Shown here: positions 41,701-50,409 of the stretch, in pieces | Position numbering within the stretch: the stretch's first letter is position 1 | Layout: each line of letters begins with the position of its first letter | NCBI GenBank assembly: GCA_045612105.1 | Contig: JAZKYL010000153.1 | Location: 14,832-78,831 of the forward strand | Reading direction: 5' to 3' | DNA length: 64,000 nt | Source of the DNA: Eubacteriales bacterium | Lineage (GTDB): Bacteria > Bacillota > Clostridia > Oscillospirales > CAG-272 | Notes under the pieces: generated by a model | Databases searched by the model: none | What the model saw: only the letters and a program-made list of their open reading frames with translations | What the model was told of the DNA's origin: nothing | Made by a program: the position numbers and the translations under genes

Positions 41701-44567
41701 TTGCGTATATCCGTCAGAACTCTGTCGTCGATCCTTACAAGGTAACCGCTCTTAAGGGCGATGTAATCGAAAGCCCTTATATGCCCAAGGTCAAGACCGA
41801 CGACGGCAAGAGCGCGGAATTTACCGTTTCAGGCGGTGTCAACAATGCCGCGATCCGCGTTTACGGCTTCAACAAGCTTACTTCTCCTAAGATATACGAA
41901 AAAATTGACGGCGAGTGGGTCGAGTATCAGGTTTCCTCCCACGGTCATCCCGACAACGTAGGTATTCATCACTATTACGACGGATACATGACCTATTACG
42001 ACGGTGACGGTACTTATTCCTACGCCTTTACCTTCAGTATGGACGGTGTTGAAAGTCGCACCTTCAAGATGGAGGCTTCCGAGGACTTCAAGCCCTGGCC
42101 CAAGGAGGTCATAGAAAACAACGATCCCATAAACGTCTATCTCGACCCCTCCGAGATCGCTCAAAAATTCCAGAATCCTATTCCCGGAGTCGGATCTGCG
42201 ACCGTTTCGGACGAAGCAGACTACGTCAGACTCACGGGCGACGGAAAGGGCGCCATTGAGATTCGTATCGACGTATTCTCCGCTCCCACCAAGATGATTA
42301 CCGGTAAATATCTGGTAGTCAAGTTCCGTGCTCCCGGTAGTAATCCCAACAACCACTTTGAATACTTTGCCGGCACAGTCAACAGCGGTCCCAAGGGCGA
42401 AGACTCTATCTGGTTAAATCCCAAGCTGTCTCCTCAGGACGGCGAATGGCACGTGCTTGTAGTTGACGCAAACTCCTTCAACTCCGACGGATTTATTGCC
42501 GATAGCGACGGAAAGTATTACGCTAATTACGTAAGCTTTGACGTCTTCAATACCCCTATGGGCACCGATAATTACGTCGACATTGCCTATATTGGTCTCT
42601 GCGAAGATCTTGAAAAGTTCCGTGAGCTTGACGTAAACAAGGACGTTGAGACCTACACCCTTGCCACCAAGGAAAAGACCGAGGTCCGCAGCATGAGTAC
42701 GGATGAGCTTATCTCCTCCGAAGAAAACGGCGGCGGAACCGTAGTAACTCCCACCGACGACGGTGTTACCGTCAGCAAGGATGCCTCTGCGTTTATCTCG
42801 AGCGAAAGCGACTATACCATTTCCACAGTTCCCTATTTCGGCAGAATAGACACCCTCAACGGCTACGGTCCCGCGTTTACCACAGGTACAGCTTATAATA
42901 GCCGTGGCAGTAACTCCGCAAATGGTGTTGCCACATTTAAGTATAACGGTAAGACTACAAGCGACCTCCGCATTGTATTCGCAGGCTGGAGCTTAGTTTA
43001 CGGCGGCGCGCAGAAATACGTATGGTCGGTTGACGGCAAGACCTGGTACGACGTCGAGCTTTACAACAAGAGTTCTATCGAAACCGCAGGCTCGGGTATG
43101 ATCAAATATGCCAACGAAGGCTGCGGAAAGACCGATTTCGAGCTTTATGCCGCAAATTCTAATTATCAAGGCAATACAAGCGGTCCCGACACCGCCTCGG
43201 GCCTTGCGGCTGACCTTTCGGACTACGTAGGTCAGACCGTCAACGTGACCTTTGCGGTCGTTCCCGTGACCGAGCCTAATGCTCTCTGTATTCTCGCTCA
43301 CATTACGGGCATTGAGGTCTCCGCTGAGCCCGTGGAAGAAGAGACGGGCGGTGCTACCGACGAGGTCGAGAACCCCTATAACGATCCCATCAATTACTAT
43401 CTCGACGCTACCGAAATGAACGCGCTTATCAAGGATACTATTCCTGCGGGCATCGGCAAGCTTGAGCTTGCTGAGAATGGCGAATTTCTTAGATTCTTCG
43501 GTAACGGAAGCGGCACGGCAGAGTCAACCTTCCATGCATACATAGCCTCAGCCAAGGTCAACACCGGCAAGTATATCGTGGTCAAATTCCGTATGCCTGC
43601 CACTAACACCGAGCAGAACCATCTTCAGATATTTACAAGCACCGTAAATTCCGGCGCTACGGCAGCTGATTCGATCTCCTTAGGCACGACGACGGTCAAG
43701 GACGACGCATGGCACGTGATCGTCGTTGACGCAGCATCCTTCCTGCCCTCCTCCTACGCATCCGAGGGCGGCAGATACTACTGCAAATATATGCGATTCG
43801 ACGTGTTCAACGTGCCTATGTCCGCTGACTCTTATATCGATATTGCTTATATAGGCTTCAGCGATAATCTCGATAATATCCGTCAGCTCGATGCCAATGC
43901 CGATATGGAAACTCTGTCACTGGTCACGGCAGGCGGGTCAAAATTCATCAGTGTTAAAACCGGTGAGATCACCGACAATGCCGATGGCACTAATAAGCCT
44001 CAGATTTCCTACGTTACTGACGCGTCGCAGTTTATCGCAGCGAATAACGCTCAGGGCTACTCCGCAAGTAACGTCCACTACTTCTCAAGAGTTGACGCGA
44101 TCAACGGCTTCGGTCCTTCGGGCTCCTCTTCCGCCGCGTATGATATGGGAAGCAACGATAAGACCGGAATCGCCCGCATCGTCTACAACGGCGCGTCCAC
44201 CGAAGACAAAAAGCTGGTGATGGCAGGCTGGTCGCTTGTTGAGGGCGGCATAGAAAAGTACGTTTGGTCTGCCGACGGAGGCAAGACCTGGAACGATGTA
44301 GTTTTTGTCGGCATCAGCTCTGCATCAGACGCAAGTAGCGGAATGTTGACCTATTGCGCAAATAAATATGGCTCTGAGGTCGATTTCTCCCCAAATACCG
44401 CTAATTCCTGCTATCAGACAAGTCTCGGTACAGTTGGCGGACTCGGAGCTGATCTCTCCGCTTTTGCCGGACAGACAGTTGACGTAACCTTTGCGGTAGT
44501 CCCCGCTACAGACACCGATTCCCTCTGCATCCTGCTTCACATCGAAGGCGTGACCGTCGCACAGTGA
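38763..44567 (+). CDS. giant cell-surface lipoprotein (1934 aa) with Ser/Thr/Glu-rich linker and duplicated C-terminal modules
   Basis: The ATG at 38763 gives MKIRSFLSIFLIICMIVGILASCGG (lipobox). A low-complexity TESE/KPES linker follows. Two homologous modules of about 400 aa start at NDPINVYLDPSE (about 42118) and NDPINYYLDATE (about 43377). Confidence 0.85.
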   Translation: MKIRSFLSIFLIICMIVGILASCGGPDEQTTSEETGAQQSSTETSAALESDTKLTTESDATSEADTVTDEHTTNSNIQTSDGLTNTANTESENVIEDSTESEKSTESESITKPESATKPESTTDSESVCESTIETESDTDDEPTVTTPEPEEKPEVELEGPYADSIIYANKIKNGVQSYYPDGVARDRYYVENRDMSAEFALRSGSGQKLTYLKNKSGGTYLQDTMDVFIRMNDGKTYYASESSNNARANVYRIGYYYYDVRILEQSFYKDAVVSAEYDIDEALFKYTHDISKIQLKNGVIRYSVGGGDPYISCKSNDISFSSNDFDALQFTIKSENSSNAQLFVVTDNKPNYNDKQSILFNITNDGEFHTYTIMLSALPDYSGNVIGLRLDLGQSTGENIEIKEMKAVKLESDSPYVLLDRTWHTYSDRLHQELHFVAPDGQDNIAALGLITEIAADTVEKIVVKDKNDLHTSLDGVDWDTVEYVGFDIKDAGIFGYIMPADNGSGKIKVTLEGENYVIVQEASPENGEIRSPGEVGDTSNDFFMGQRIYTDESHDFAEFISEAEFERDPLANGQNNDFLEYDALRGAYHYKIGGTNFNPPFFSSWNQHYSTEIKLTTKKGDRRIYIRTISSTGGLENAVLLDNDGLIIPIPLEVSKNFGELEEPVMNYGDETYGETLFPLCLANGEKYEIKVLNLYQNWGKFPIKQLSSIAYYAPYYHLSVGVTETTCISPWYVRGRTLWTLPDFRSQSAPYWFELEGDKFDNSPQHTNAGVFEIIQYTDADGNYSASENYRNVIDSSGPIYANVKMDYISDDGKMKISYEHLELPQTDELRPFYEINIEVLDDVSFNSFKNDFAFYSWETTRTHVGYLDADGNHMEAAYSANDDVTEYVLGKVGGYFGNFGINSKDATNLGFVIHSSEIYFEGQKFDGNFVVVEERENRFHLSLDVGEATFKKGDTITLNIFMVPWGSHLSTDAHNLAYIRQNSVVDPYKVTALKGDVIESPYMPKVKTDDGKSAEFTVSGGVNNAAIRVYGFNKLTSPKIYEKIDGEWVEYQVSSHGHPDNVGIHHYYDGYMTYYDGDGTYSYAFTFSMDGVESRTFKMEASEDFKPWPKEVIENNDPINVYLDPSEIAQKFQNPIPGVGSATVSDEADYVRLTGDGKGAIEIRIDVFSAPTKMITGKYLVVKFRAPGSNPNNHFEYFAGTVNSGPKGEDSIWLNPKLSPQDGEWHVLVVDANSFNSDGFIADSDGKYYANYVSFDVFNTPMGTDNYVDIAYIGLCEDLEKFRELDVNKDVETYTLATKEKTEVRSMSTDELISSEENGGGTVVTPTDDGVTVSKDASAFISSESDYTISTVPYFGRIDTLNGYGPAFTTGTAYNSRGSNSANGVATFKYNGKTTSDLRIVFAGWSLVYGGAQKYVWSVDGKTWYDVELYNKSSIETAGSGMIKYANEGCGKTDFELYAANSNYQGNTSGPDTASGLAADLSDYVGQTVNVTFAVVPVTEPNALCILAHITGIEVSAEPVEEETGGATDEVENPYNDPINYYLDATEMNALIKDTIPAGIGKLELAENGEFLRFFGNGSGTAESTFHAYIASAKVNTGKYIVVKFRMPATNTEQNHLQIFTSTVNSGATAADSISLGTTTVKDDAWHVIVVDAASFLPSSYASEGGRYYCKYMRFDVFNVPMSADSYIDIAYIGFSDNLDNIRQLDANADMETLSLVTAGGSKFISVKTGEITDNADGTNKPQISYVTDASQFIAANNAQGYSASNVHYFSRVDAINGFGPSGSSSAAYDMGSNDKTGIARIVYNGASTEDKKLVMAGWSLVEGGIEKYVWSADGGKTWNDVVFVGISSASDASSGMLTYCANKYGSEVDFSPNTANSCYQTSLGTVGGLGADLSAFAGQTVDVTFAVVPATDTDSLCILLHIEGVTVAQ

Positions 44568-44594
44568 CAGGTACAGTAATCTTATAACAAAATT

Positions 44595-44656
44595 ATCCCC
44601 CCGTGTATGCACGATTCCGAAATAAGGATCGTGTATAACGGGGGGATCTCGTTTTA
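44595..44656. terminator. long hairpin terminator between the two convergent giant genes
   Basis: ATCCCCCCGT ... ACGGGGGGAT outer stem with an inner CACGAT/ATCGTG stem, followed by TCTCGTTTT. Confidence 0.7.
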
Positions 44657-44713
44657 TGAGACTTATTAAAACTATTTCAACACATTATATATTGATACTA
44701 AATGCGACAAAAA

Positions 44714-47700
44714 TTATTCAAAAAAATCAAAATCAATCTCTCCATCGGTGCAATAAACTATACATTCACCTGTCGCTCCACCATGTTTGCTTATGGCATT
44801 CCATTGAGCCATAGTTCCACTGTAATTAACGCATTCAACACCACAGAACGCACCATAACCAATAACCATAACACTTTCTGGGATAGTAACACTTGCTACG
44901 GACCCAAAGAACGCATAATTACCAATAACCGTCACATTTTCAGGGATAGTCACATTCGCAAGATGGTAGCAATTTTCAAACGCATCACGATATATAACTT
45001 TTGTTTTTTCGTGAATCTCGCAAGATATGATTGATTTACTTTTTTCCTTTACAAGAATAAGATATGGATTGGTATCATTTCCAAGATAATATGCATTGTC
45101 ATATTCATTATATACAAGGCTTGAGCAACCTTCGAACGCACAATAACCAATGCTTGTGACACTGTCAGGAATCGTTATACTCATAAGGCTTGTGCAACAA
45201 TAGAACGCCCTATCACCAATGCTCGTAAGCTGACTATTTTCACTGAAAACAACGCTCGTAAGGCTATCACAATAAGAGAACGCACCATTACCAATACTTG
45301 TGCCGCTTGTTATAACAACTGTTTTTAAATTAGTTTTTGGTATATAAGATATCGCTATCGTCGGAATAGTTGCGATCTCAAGGCTTGAGCAACCTTCGAA
45401 CGCAGAAGGACCAATGCTTGTGACACTATCGGGAATTGTTACGCTCGTAAGGCTTGAGCAATTGTAGAACGCATAAGAACCAATGCTTGTGACACTATCG
45501 GGAATCGTTACACTTACAAGTTTTGGGCAATTTGCAAACGCATATCTTCCAATACTTATTACTCCTTCGGGAATCACTATGCTTTCCAGTCTTCTTGAAT
45601 CATAGAGTGCATATGAATAGATAACCTTGGCGTTCTCCGAAATGGTAATGCTTCTCACGTTATTGTCTATCACGTCAACAAGAACAACGCACCTGTTATT
45701 TTCATTACCTAAATATTTGCAATTATTCTCTTCATAATATTCGAGACATTCACAACCATCAAACGCATAATCTCCAACGGTTATTATACTGTCAGGAATC
45801 GAAACGCTTGTGAGACCATCGCAATCATAGAACGCATATTCACCAATATCTGTTACGTCGTTTGATATGGAAACGCTTGTGAGACTATCGCAGTTATAGA
45901 ACGCATATGCTTCTATGCTTGTAACACCCTCGGGAATAATCAATTCTGTAACAAGCTCTCCATCAAGATAGAGATATCCACTATTCAACGGATTTGCATA
46001 ACTGCCACTGAAATCAATATTACACCATGCCTCAATATCATTGATGAATACTTTTCTGTAGTAACCATAACCGAACGCATCTGACCCAATACTCTTAACT
46101 CCATTACCTATAGTCACGTTTTGAAGTCTACAATCATAGAAAGCGTAGGAGCCGATGCTCTCAACTCCGTTACCTATAGTCACATTTTGAAGGTCCTCGC
46201 AGCTATAGAACGCATGATAACCGATGCTCTTAACACCGTCACCAATAATTACGGTTTCAATTCTCTCACAATAAGCGAATGCATAATCTGCAATTATAGT
46301 ATCACCTGTAACGTTAACGTATTCCAAGGAGGCGGGAACGTATTCATAATTTTCACCGTAATCCAGTGCTCCGAAAATATATCCAAAATGAGTGTTTTCG
46401 TATTCGTATGCCGTCTCTTCTTCGGTCTCATATCCGGTCTCGTATTCTGTGCCCTCTTCGTATTCCTCTGTGTATCTTTGATAACCGACAAAAGGCAACG
46501 TTATTCTCTTCAACGACGTACATCCATAGAAAGCATATTCGCCTATAGTCAGTACGCTGTCAGGAACAACCACGCGCAGAATGTCACTTTCACCGTAAAA
46601 CGCATCGGCAGCAATCGCCGTTACGGGCGCATCGTTGTAAACCTCGGGAATAACTATATTTTTCGACGTGCATTCTCCTCTACCTACAACGGTATAAGTT
46701 CCATCCGCATTCCTCTCATATTCAAGACCTATGCTGGGGTCGTTACTCATAGGGATCATCTCATATCTAATGAATGCGAATTCTTCATCATAATAATAAG
46801 ATCCGTAAGAATCCTTTGTATAAACAAAGGTTATCACGTCACCCTTATTTATACTTCCGGAATAGCTTCTTGAGCTACTTCCATAACTGGGCGAAACATT
46901 GAACAAAACTTCTCCGTTCAAACGCACGCACAAGTTATCATTATAACTGTTTGAATAAACAAGGCAACTGATCGAAACGTCGCAATCGTCTTCTGCCACA
47001 ATCTCCATTTTCGCTACAGAATTATCGTTTTCGTTGGTAGACTTCCAACCAATTTGAGGCTCTACACCTTCCTCGTACGTTTCCCACTCATGCCCATAGC
47101 AGCTTTCAAACTCGTATGTTTCGGTATCTTCTTCGTATCCTGTTGTTTCCTCTTCTGTTGTTTCCTCTTCCGATGTTTCGAAATAACTCTCGGTTGTTTC
47201 TTCATAGTCAGCCGGACAGCCATAGAACGCATTATAACCAATATACGTTACACTATCGGGAATCTCTATATCCGTAAGATTATAGCAATATGCAAATGCA
47301 CCTCTACCGATGCTATCAAGTTGGCTGTTTTCATCAAAAATTACACTCTCAAGACTTGAACATTCATAGAACGCATATTCACCAATGCTTGTGACACTGT
47401 CGGGGATAGTCACGCTCGTAAGGCTTGAGCAATAGGAGAACGCCTCATAACCAATGCTTGTGACTCCGTCGCCGATAGTTACGCTCGTAAGGCTTGAGCA
47501 ACCGGAGAACGCAGAATTACCAATGCTCGTCACACTGTCGGGAATTGTTACGCTTGTAAGGCTTGAGCAACCGTAGAACGCAGAAGAACCAATGCTTGTG
47601 CCGCTTGTTATAACAACTGTTTTTAAATTGCTCTTTGGTATATAAGATATCGCTATCGTCGGAATAGTTGCGCTCGTAAGGCTTGAACAACCGTAGAACA

Positions 47701-49876
47701 CATCATAACCAATATACGTTACACTATCGGGAATCTCTATATCCGTAAGATTATAGCAATATGCAAATGCAAATCTACCGATGCTATCAAGTCGGCTGTT
47801 TTCACCAAAAACAACACTTTCAAGGCTTGAGCAATTATAGAACGCAGAAGAACCAATGCTTGTGACACTATCGGGAATTGTTACGCTCGTAAGGCTTGAG
47901 CAACCGTAGAACGCATATTCACCAATGCTTGTGACACCGTCGGGGATAGTCACGCTCGTAAGGCTTGTGCAACCGTCGAACGCATAAGAACCAATGCTCG
48001 TCACACTGTCGGGAATCGTTATGCTCGTAAGGCTTGAGCAACCCGAGAACGCACCATTACCAATACTTGTGACACCGACGGGGATAGTCACGCTCGTGAG
48101 TATTGAGCAACCCGAGAACGCACCATTACCAATACTTGTGACACCGTCGGGGATAGTCACGCTCGTAAGGCTTTCGCAACCGTAGAACGCACGATCACCA
48201 ATGCTTGTAACACTGTCGGGGATAACTACGCTCGTAAGGCTTGAGCAACCGTTGAACGCAGAAGAACCAATGCTTGTGACACTGTCGGGGATAGTAACGC
48301 TCGTAAGGCTTGAGCAACCCGAGAACGCCAAATCACCAATGCTTGTGACACTATCGGGAATCGTTATAGATTTCAAATTTTTTGCATATTGAAATGATTG
48401 ATCAAGTATCTGCGTAACAGCTTTTCCGCAATATTCGGAAGGAATAACTATTTCTTCAAGATATTTGGTAGTTCCCATCATTACGCCCAAGGTTCCGTCG
48501 GGCAGAGGGTAATACTCCAATCCGTCTGTGCCCTCGGTCTTTGTAATCACACCGATATTTGCTGTTGATCCATCTGTATAAGTAACTACTAACTCACCGT
48601 TAATGATCTCGATCTTTGAAATTCCAAGTCCGTCCTTGCCGTCTTCGCCTTTTTCACCTTGGATTCCCTGATCTCCCTTGTCACCCTTTTCACCTTGGAT
48701 GCCTTGTTCGCCCTGGTCTCCCTTGTCACCCTTTTCGCCTTGGATGCCTTGCTCACCTTGGTCTCCCTTGTCACCCTTTTCGCCTTGGATGCCTTGCTCA
48801 CCTTGGTCTCCCTTGTCACCCTTTTCGCCTTGGATGCCTTGTTCGCCCTGGTCTCCCTTGTCACCCTTTTCGCCTTGGATGCCTTGTTCGCCCTGGTCTC
48901 CCTTGTCACCCTTTTCGCCTTGGATACCTTGCTCGCCTTGGTCTCCCTTGTCACCCTTTTCGCCCTGGATGCCTTGCTCACCTTGGTCGCCCTTGTCACC
49001 CTTTTCACCTTGGATACCCTGCTCACCTTGGTCGCCCTTGTCACCCTTTTCGCCCTGGATGCCCTGCTCACCCTGGTCGCCCTTGTCACCCTTTTCGCCT
49101 TGGATGCCCTGTTCGCCCTGGTCTCCCTTGTCACCCTTTTCACCTTGGATGCCCTGAACACCTTGAATTCCCTGCTCACCGTCCTTGACAGTGAAAACAA
49201 CGTCTTCAAGTGTGGGATCGGTAAATTTTATTGTAATTGTAGTCACACCGTTTGTCTTGGTCGCGATAATACTTGCGATTCCGTTGCCATCTTCACCGTC
49301 AATACCGTCGGAGCCATCTTCTCCATCTTTACCATCAGCTCCGTCTTTACCCGGTGCGCCAATAAGAGATATCAACCACTCCTCTATAGTGCCTTCAAAA
49401 CCGTTTTCAACCGCAAGCTCATAAGCGGATTTTCCGTCGACACCGTCGGAACCGTCCTCTCCGTCCGAGCCATCCACGCCGTTGGAACCATCTACACCGT
49501 CTTTGCCGTCAACTCCGTCTTTGCCTGGCGCGCCGACTAGAGATTCCAGCCACTCTTCAACTGTGCCAAGATATCCATTCTCAACAGCAAGCTCATAAGC
49601 TGATTTTCCGTCCTTACCCTTCAAAGAAGCCACCCATTCCTCAAAGGAACCGGTGTAGCCGCGGCTTGTCAGCTCTTCAAATATGTCATAGGGGCTGTTA
49701 TATAACTCACTGTAATTAACACTTGTGCTCTCTTCTGTGACCTGCTCAAGCATACTTTCCTGAGTTTCCGATTTTTCCGAGTTCGGTTCGCTTCCACTTG
49801 CACTGTCACATGAGGCAAGTAAAGGCAAACACAAACAAATAACCAAAATAATCGCTAAAAGTGATGTTTTCTTCAT
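44714..49876 (-). CDS. giant surface lipoprotein (1720 aa): collagen-like Gly-X-Y repeats plus BspA-type leucine-rich repeats
   Basis: Lipobox LPLLASC. There are three Gly-X-Y tracts (GAPGKDGVDGKDG..., and GEKGDKGDQGEQGIQ many times). There are also dozens of about 23-aa repeats of the form IPDSVTSIGxxAFxGCSSLTSVT. Confidence 0.88.
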   Translation of the reverse strand: MKKTSLLAIILVICLCLPLLASCDSASGSEPNSEKSETQESMLEQVTEESTSVNYSELYNSPYDIFEELTSRGYTGSFEEWVASLKGKDGKSAYELAVENGYLGTVEEWLESLVGAPGKDGVDGKDGVDGSNGVDGSDGEDGSDGVDGKSAYELAVENGFEGTIEEWLISLIGAPGKDGADGKDGEDGSDGIDGEDGNGIASIIATKTNGVTTITIKFTDPTLEDVVFTVKDGEQGIQGVQGIQGEKGDKGDQGEQGIQGEKGDKGDQGEQGIQGEKGDKGDQGEQGIQGEKGDKGDQGEQGIQGEKGDKGDQGEQGIQGEKGDKGDQGEQGIQGEKGDKGDQGEQGIQGEKGDKGDQGEQGIQGEKGDKGDQGEQGIQGEKGDKGDQGEQGIQGEKGDKGDQGIQGEKGEDGKDGLGISKIEIINGELVVTYTDGSTANIGVITKTEGTDGLEYYPLPDGTLGVMMGTTKYLEEIVIPSEYCGKAVTQILDQSFQYAKNLKSITIPDSVTSIGDLAFSGCSSLTSVTIPDSVTSIGSSAFNGCSSLTSVVIPDSVTSIGDRAFYGCESLTSVTIPDGVTSIGNGAFSGCSILTSVTIPVGVTSIGNGAFSGCSSLTSITIPDSVTSIGSYAFDGCTSLTSVTIPDGVTSIGEYAFYGCSSLTSVTIPDSVTSIGSSAFYNCSSLESVVFGENSRLDSIGRFAFAYCYNLTDIEIPDSVTYIGYDVFYGCSSLTSATIPTIAISYIPKSNLKTVVITSGTSIGSSAFYGCSSLTSVTIPDSVTSIGNSAFSGCSSLTSVTIGDGVTSIGYEAFSYCSSLTSVTIPDSVTSIGEYAFYECSSLESVIFDENSQLDSIGRGAFAYCYNLTDIEIPDSVTYIGYNAFYGCPADYEETTESYFETSEEETTEEETTGYEEDTETYEFESCYGHEWETYEEGVEPQIGWKSTNENDNSVAKMEIVAEDDCDVSISCLVYSNSYNDNLCVRLNGEVLFNVSPSYGSSSRSYSGSINKGDVITFVYTKDSYGSYYYDEEFAFIRYEMIPMSNDPSIGLEYERNADGTYTVVGRGECTSKNIVIPEVYNDAPVTAIAADAFYGESDILRVVVPDSVLTIGEYAFYGCTSLKRITLPFVGYQRYTEEYEEGTEYETGYETEEETAYEYENTHFGYIFGALDYGENYEYVPASLEYVNVTGDTIIADYAFAYCERIETVIIGDGVKSIGYHAFYSCEDLQNVTIGNGVESIGSYAFYDCRLQNVTIGNGVKSIGSDAFGYGYYRKVFINDIEAWCNIDFSGSYANPLNSGYLYLDGELVTELIIPEGVTSIEAYAFYNCDSLTSVSISNDVTDIGEYAFYDCDGLTSVSIPDSIITVGDYAFDGCECLEYYEENNCKYLGNENNRCVVLVDVIDNNVRSITISENAKVIYSYALYDSRRLESIVIPEGVISIGRYAFANCPKLVSVTIPDSVTSIGSYAFYNCSSLTSVTIPDSVTSIGPSAFEGCSSLEIATIPTIAISYIPKTNLKTVVITSGTSIGNGAFSYCDSLTSVVFSENSQLTSIGDRAFYCCTSLMSITIPDSVTSIGYCAFEGCSSLVYNEYDNAYYLGNDTNPYLILVKEKSKSIISCEIHEKTKVIYRDAFENCYHLANVTIPENVTVIGNYAFFGSVASVTIPESVMVIGYGAFCGVECVNYSGTMAQWNAISKHGGATGECIVYCTDGEIDFDFFE
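48625..49180 (-). repeat. in-frame 45-bp tandem repeat array encoding GEKGDKGDQGEQGIQ (collagen-like triple-helix region)
   Basis: Near-identical 45-nt units (ccttgtcacccttttcgccttggatgccttgctcaccttggtctc on plus) repeated about a dozen times. Confidence 0.9.
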
Positions 49877-50129
49877 TTTTCTTCCGTCCTTTCAAACAAG
49901 AAAACTATATGATGTGCAAATTGAGTCACGTTATTATATCACATTCGCCATATTTTGTCAATACATTGTAAAAACAATCCGTCATCAATCCGTCATATTA
50001 CTTGAAAACCAATTGCGATCTTTTTGTCTCTGCTATCTGATTATTAGCTATGTAAAAATTACACAAAATCCGAGTCCGAAAAACGAATTTTTTTCACAAA
50101 ATTATTTTCAATTTTTTTCAAAATAAGTA

Positions 50130-50158
50130 TTGACAAACCGATTTTTATGTGATATAAT
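50130..50158 (+). promoter_or_regulatory. promoter of tRNA-Pro
   Basis: TTGACA (50130-50135), 17 nt spacer, TGATATAAT extended -10 (TATAAT 50153-50158). Confidence 0.65.
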
Positions 50159-50187
50159 ATTCAAGTCGTCAAGAGACGACAAGGTTT

Positions 50188-50263
50188 CTGGGTGTGGCGC
50201 AGCTGGTAGCGCGCTACCTTGGGGTGGTAGAGGCCGCAAGTTCAAGTCTTGTCACTCAGACCA
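50188..50263 (+). tRNA. tRNA-Pro (anticodon GGG)
   Basis: Hand-folded cloverleaf of 76 nt. Acceptor CTGGGTG/CACTCAG with C1:G72, D arm GCGC/GCGC, anticodon stem CTACC/GGTAG with loop TTGGGGT (GGG plus G37), T arm GCAAG-TTCAAGT-CTTGT, encoded CCA. Confidence 0.9.
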
Positions 50264-50266
50264 AAT

Positions 50267-50306
50267 AAAGCCTTGAAAACATTGAGTTTTCAAGGCTTTA
50301 TTTTTT
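50267..50306 (+). terminator. terminator after tRNA-Pro
   Basis: 14-bp stem AAAGCCTTGAAAAC / GTTTTCAAGGCTTT, loop ATTGA, T run 50301-50306. Confidence 0.85.
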
Positions 50307-50409
50307 GCTTGTTACGCAGTTTTTATGAGGGGTGTTACGCAATTTGCTACGCAGATTTGTGTAATGCCCTGCTTTTTTTGTTACGTTTCAAGATATGTTT
50401 TTTCTCATC

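Noticed and set aside
48589-49540. Regular 45-bp periodicity (CRISPR-like at first glance) and several long alternative-frame ORFs (206, 190, 293, 159 aa)
   Set aside because: The repeats are contiguous without spacers and in frame with the 1720-aa gene, where they encode Gly-X-Y collagen-like units. The other frames are open only because of the repeat composition.
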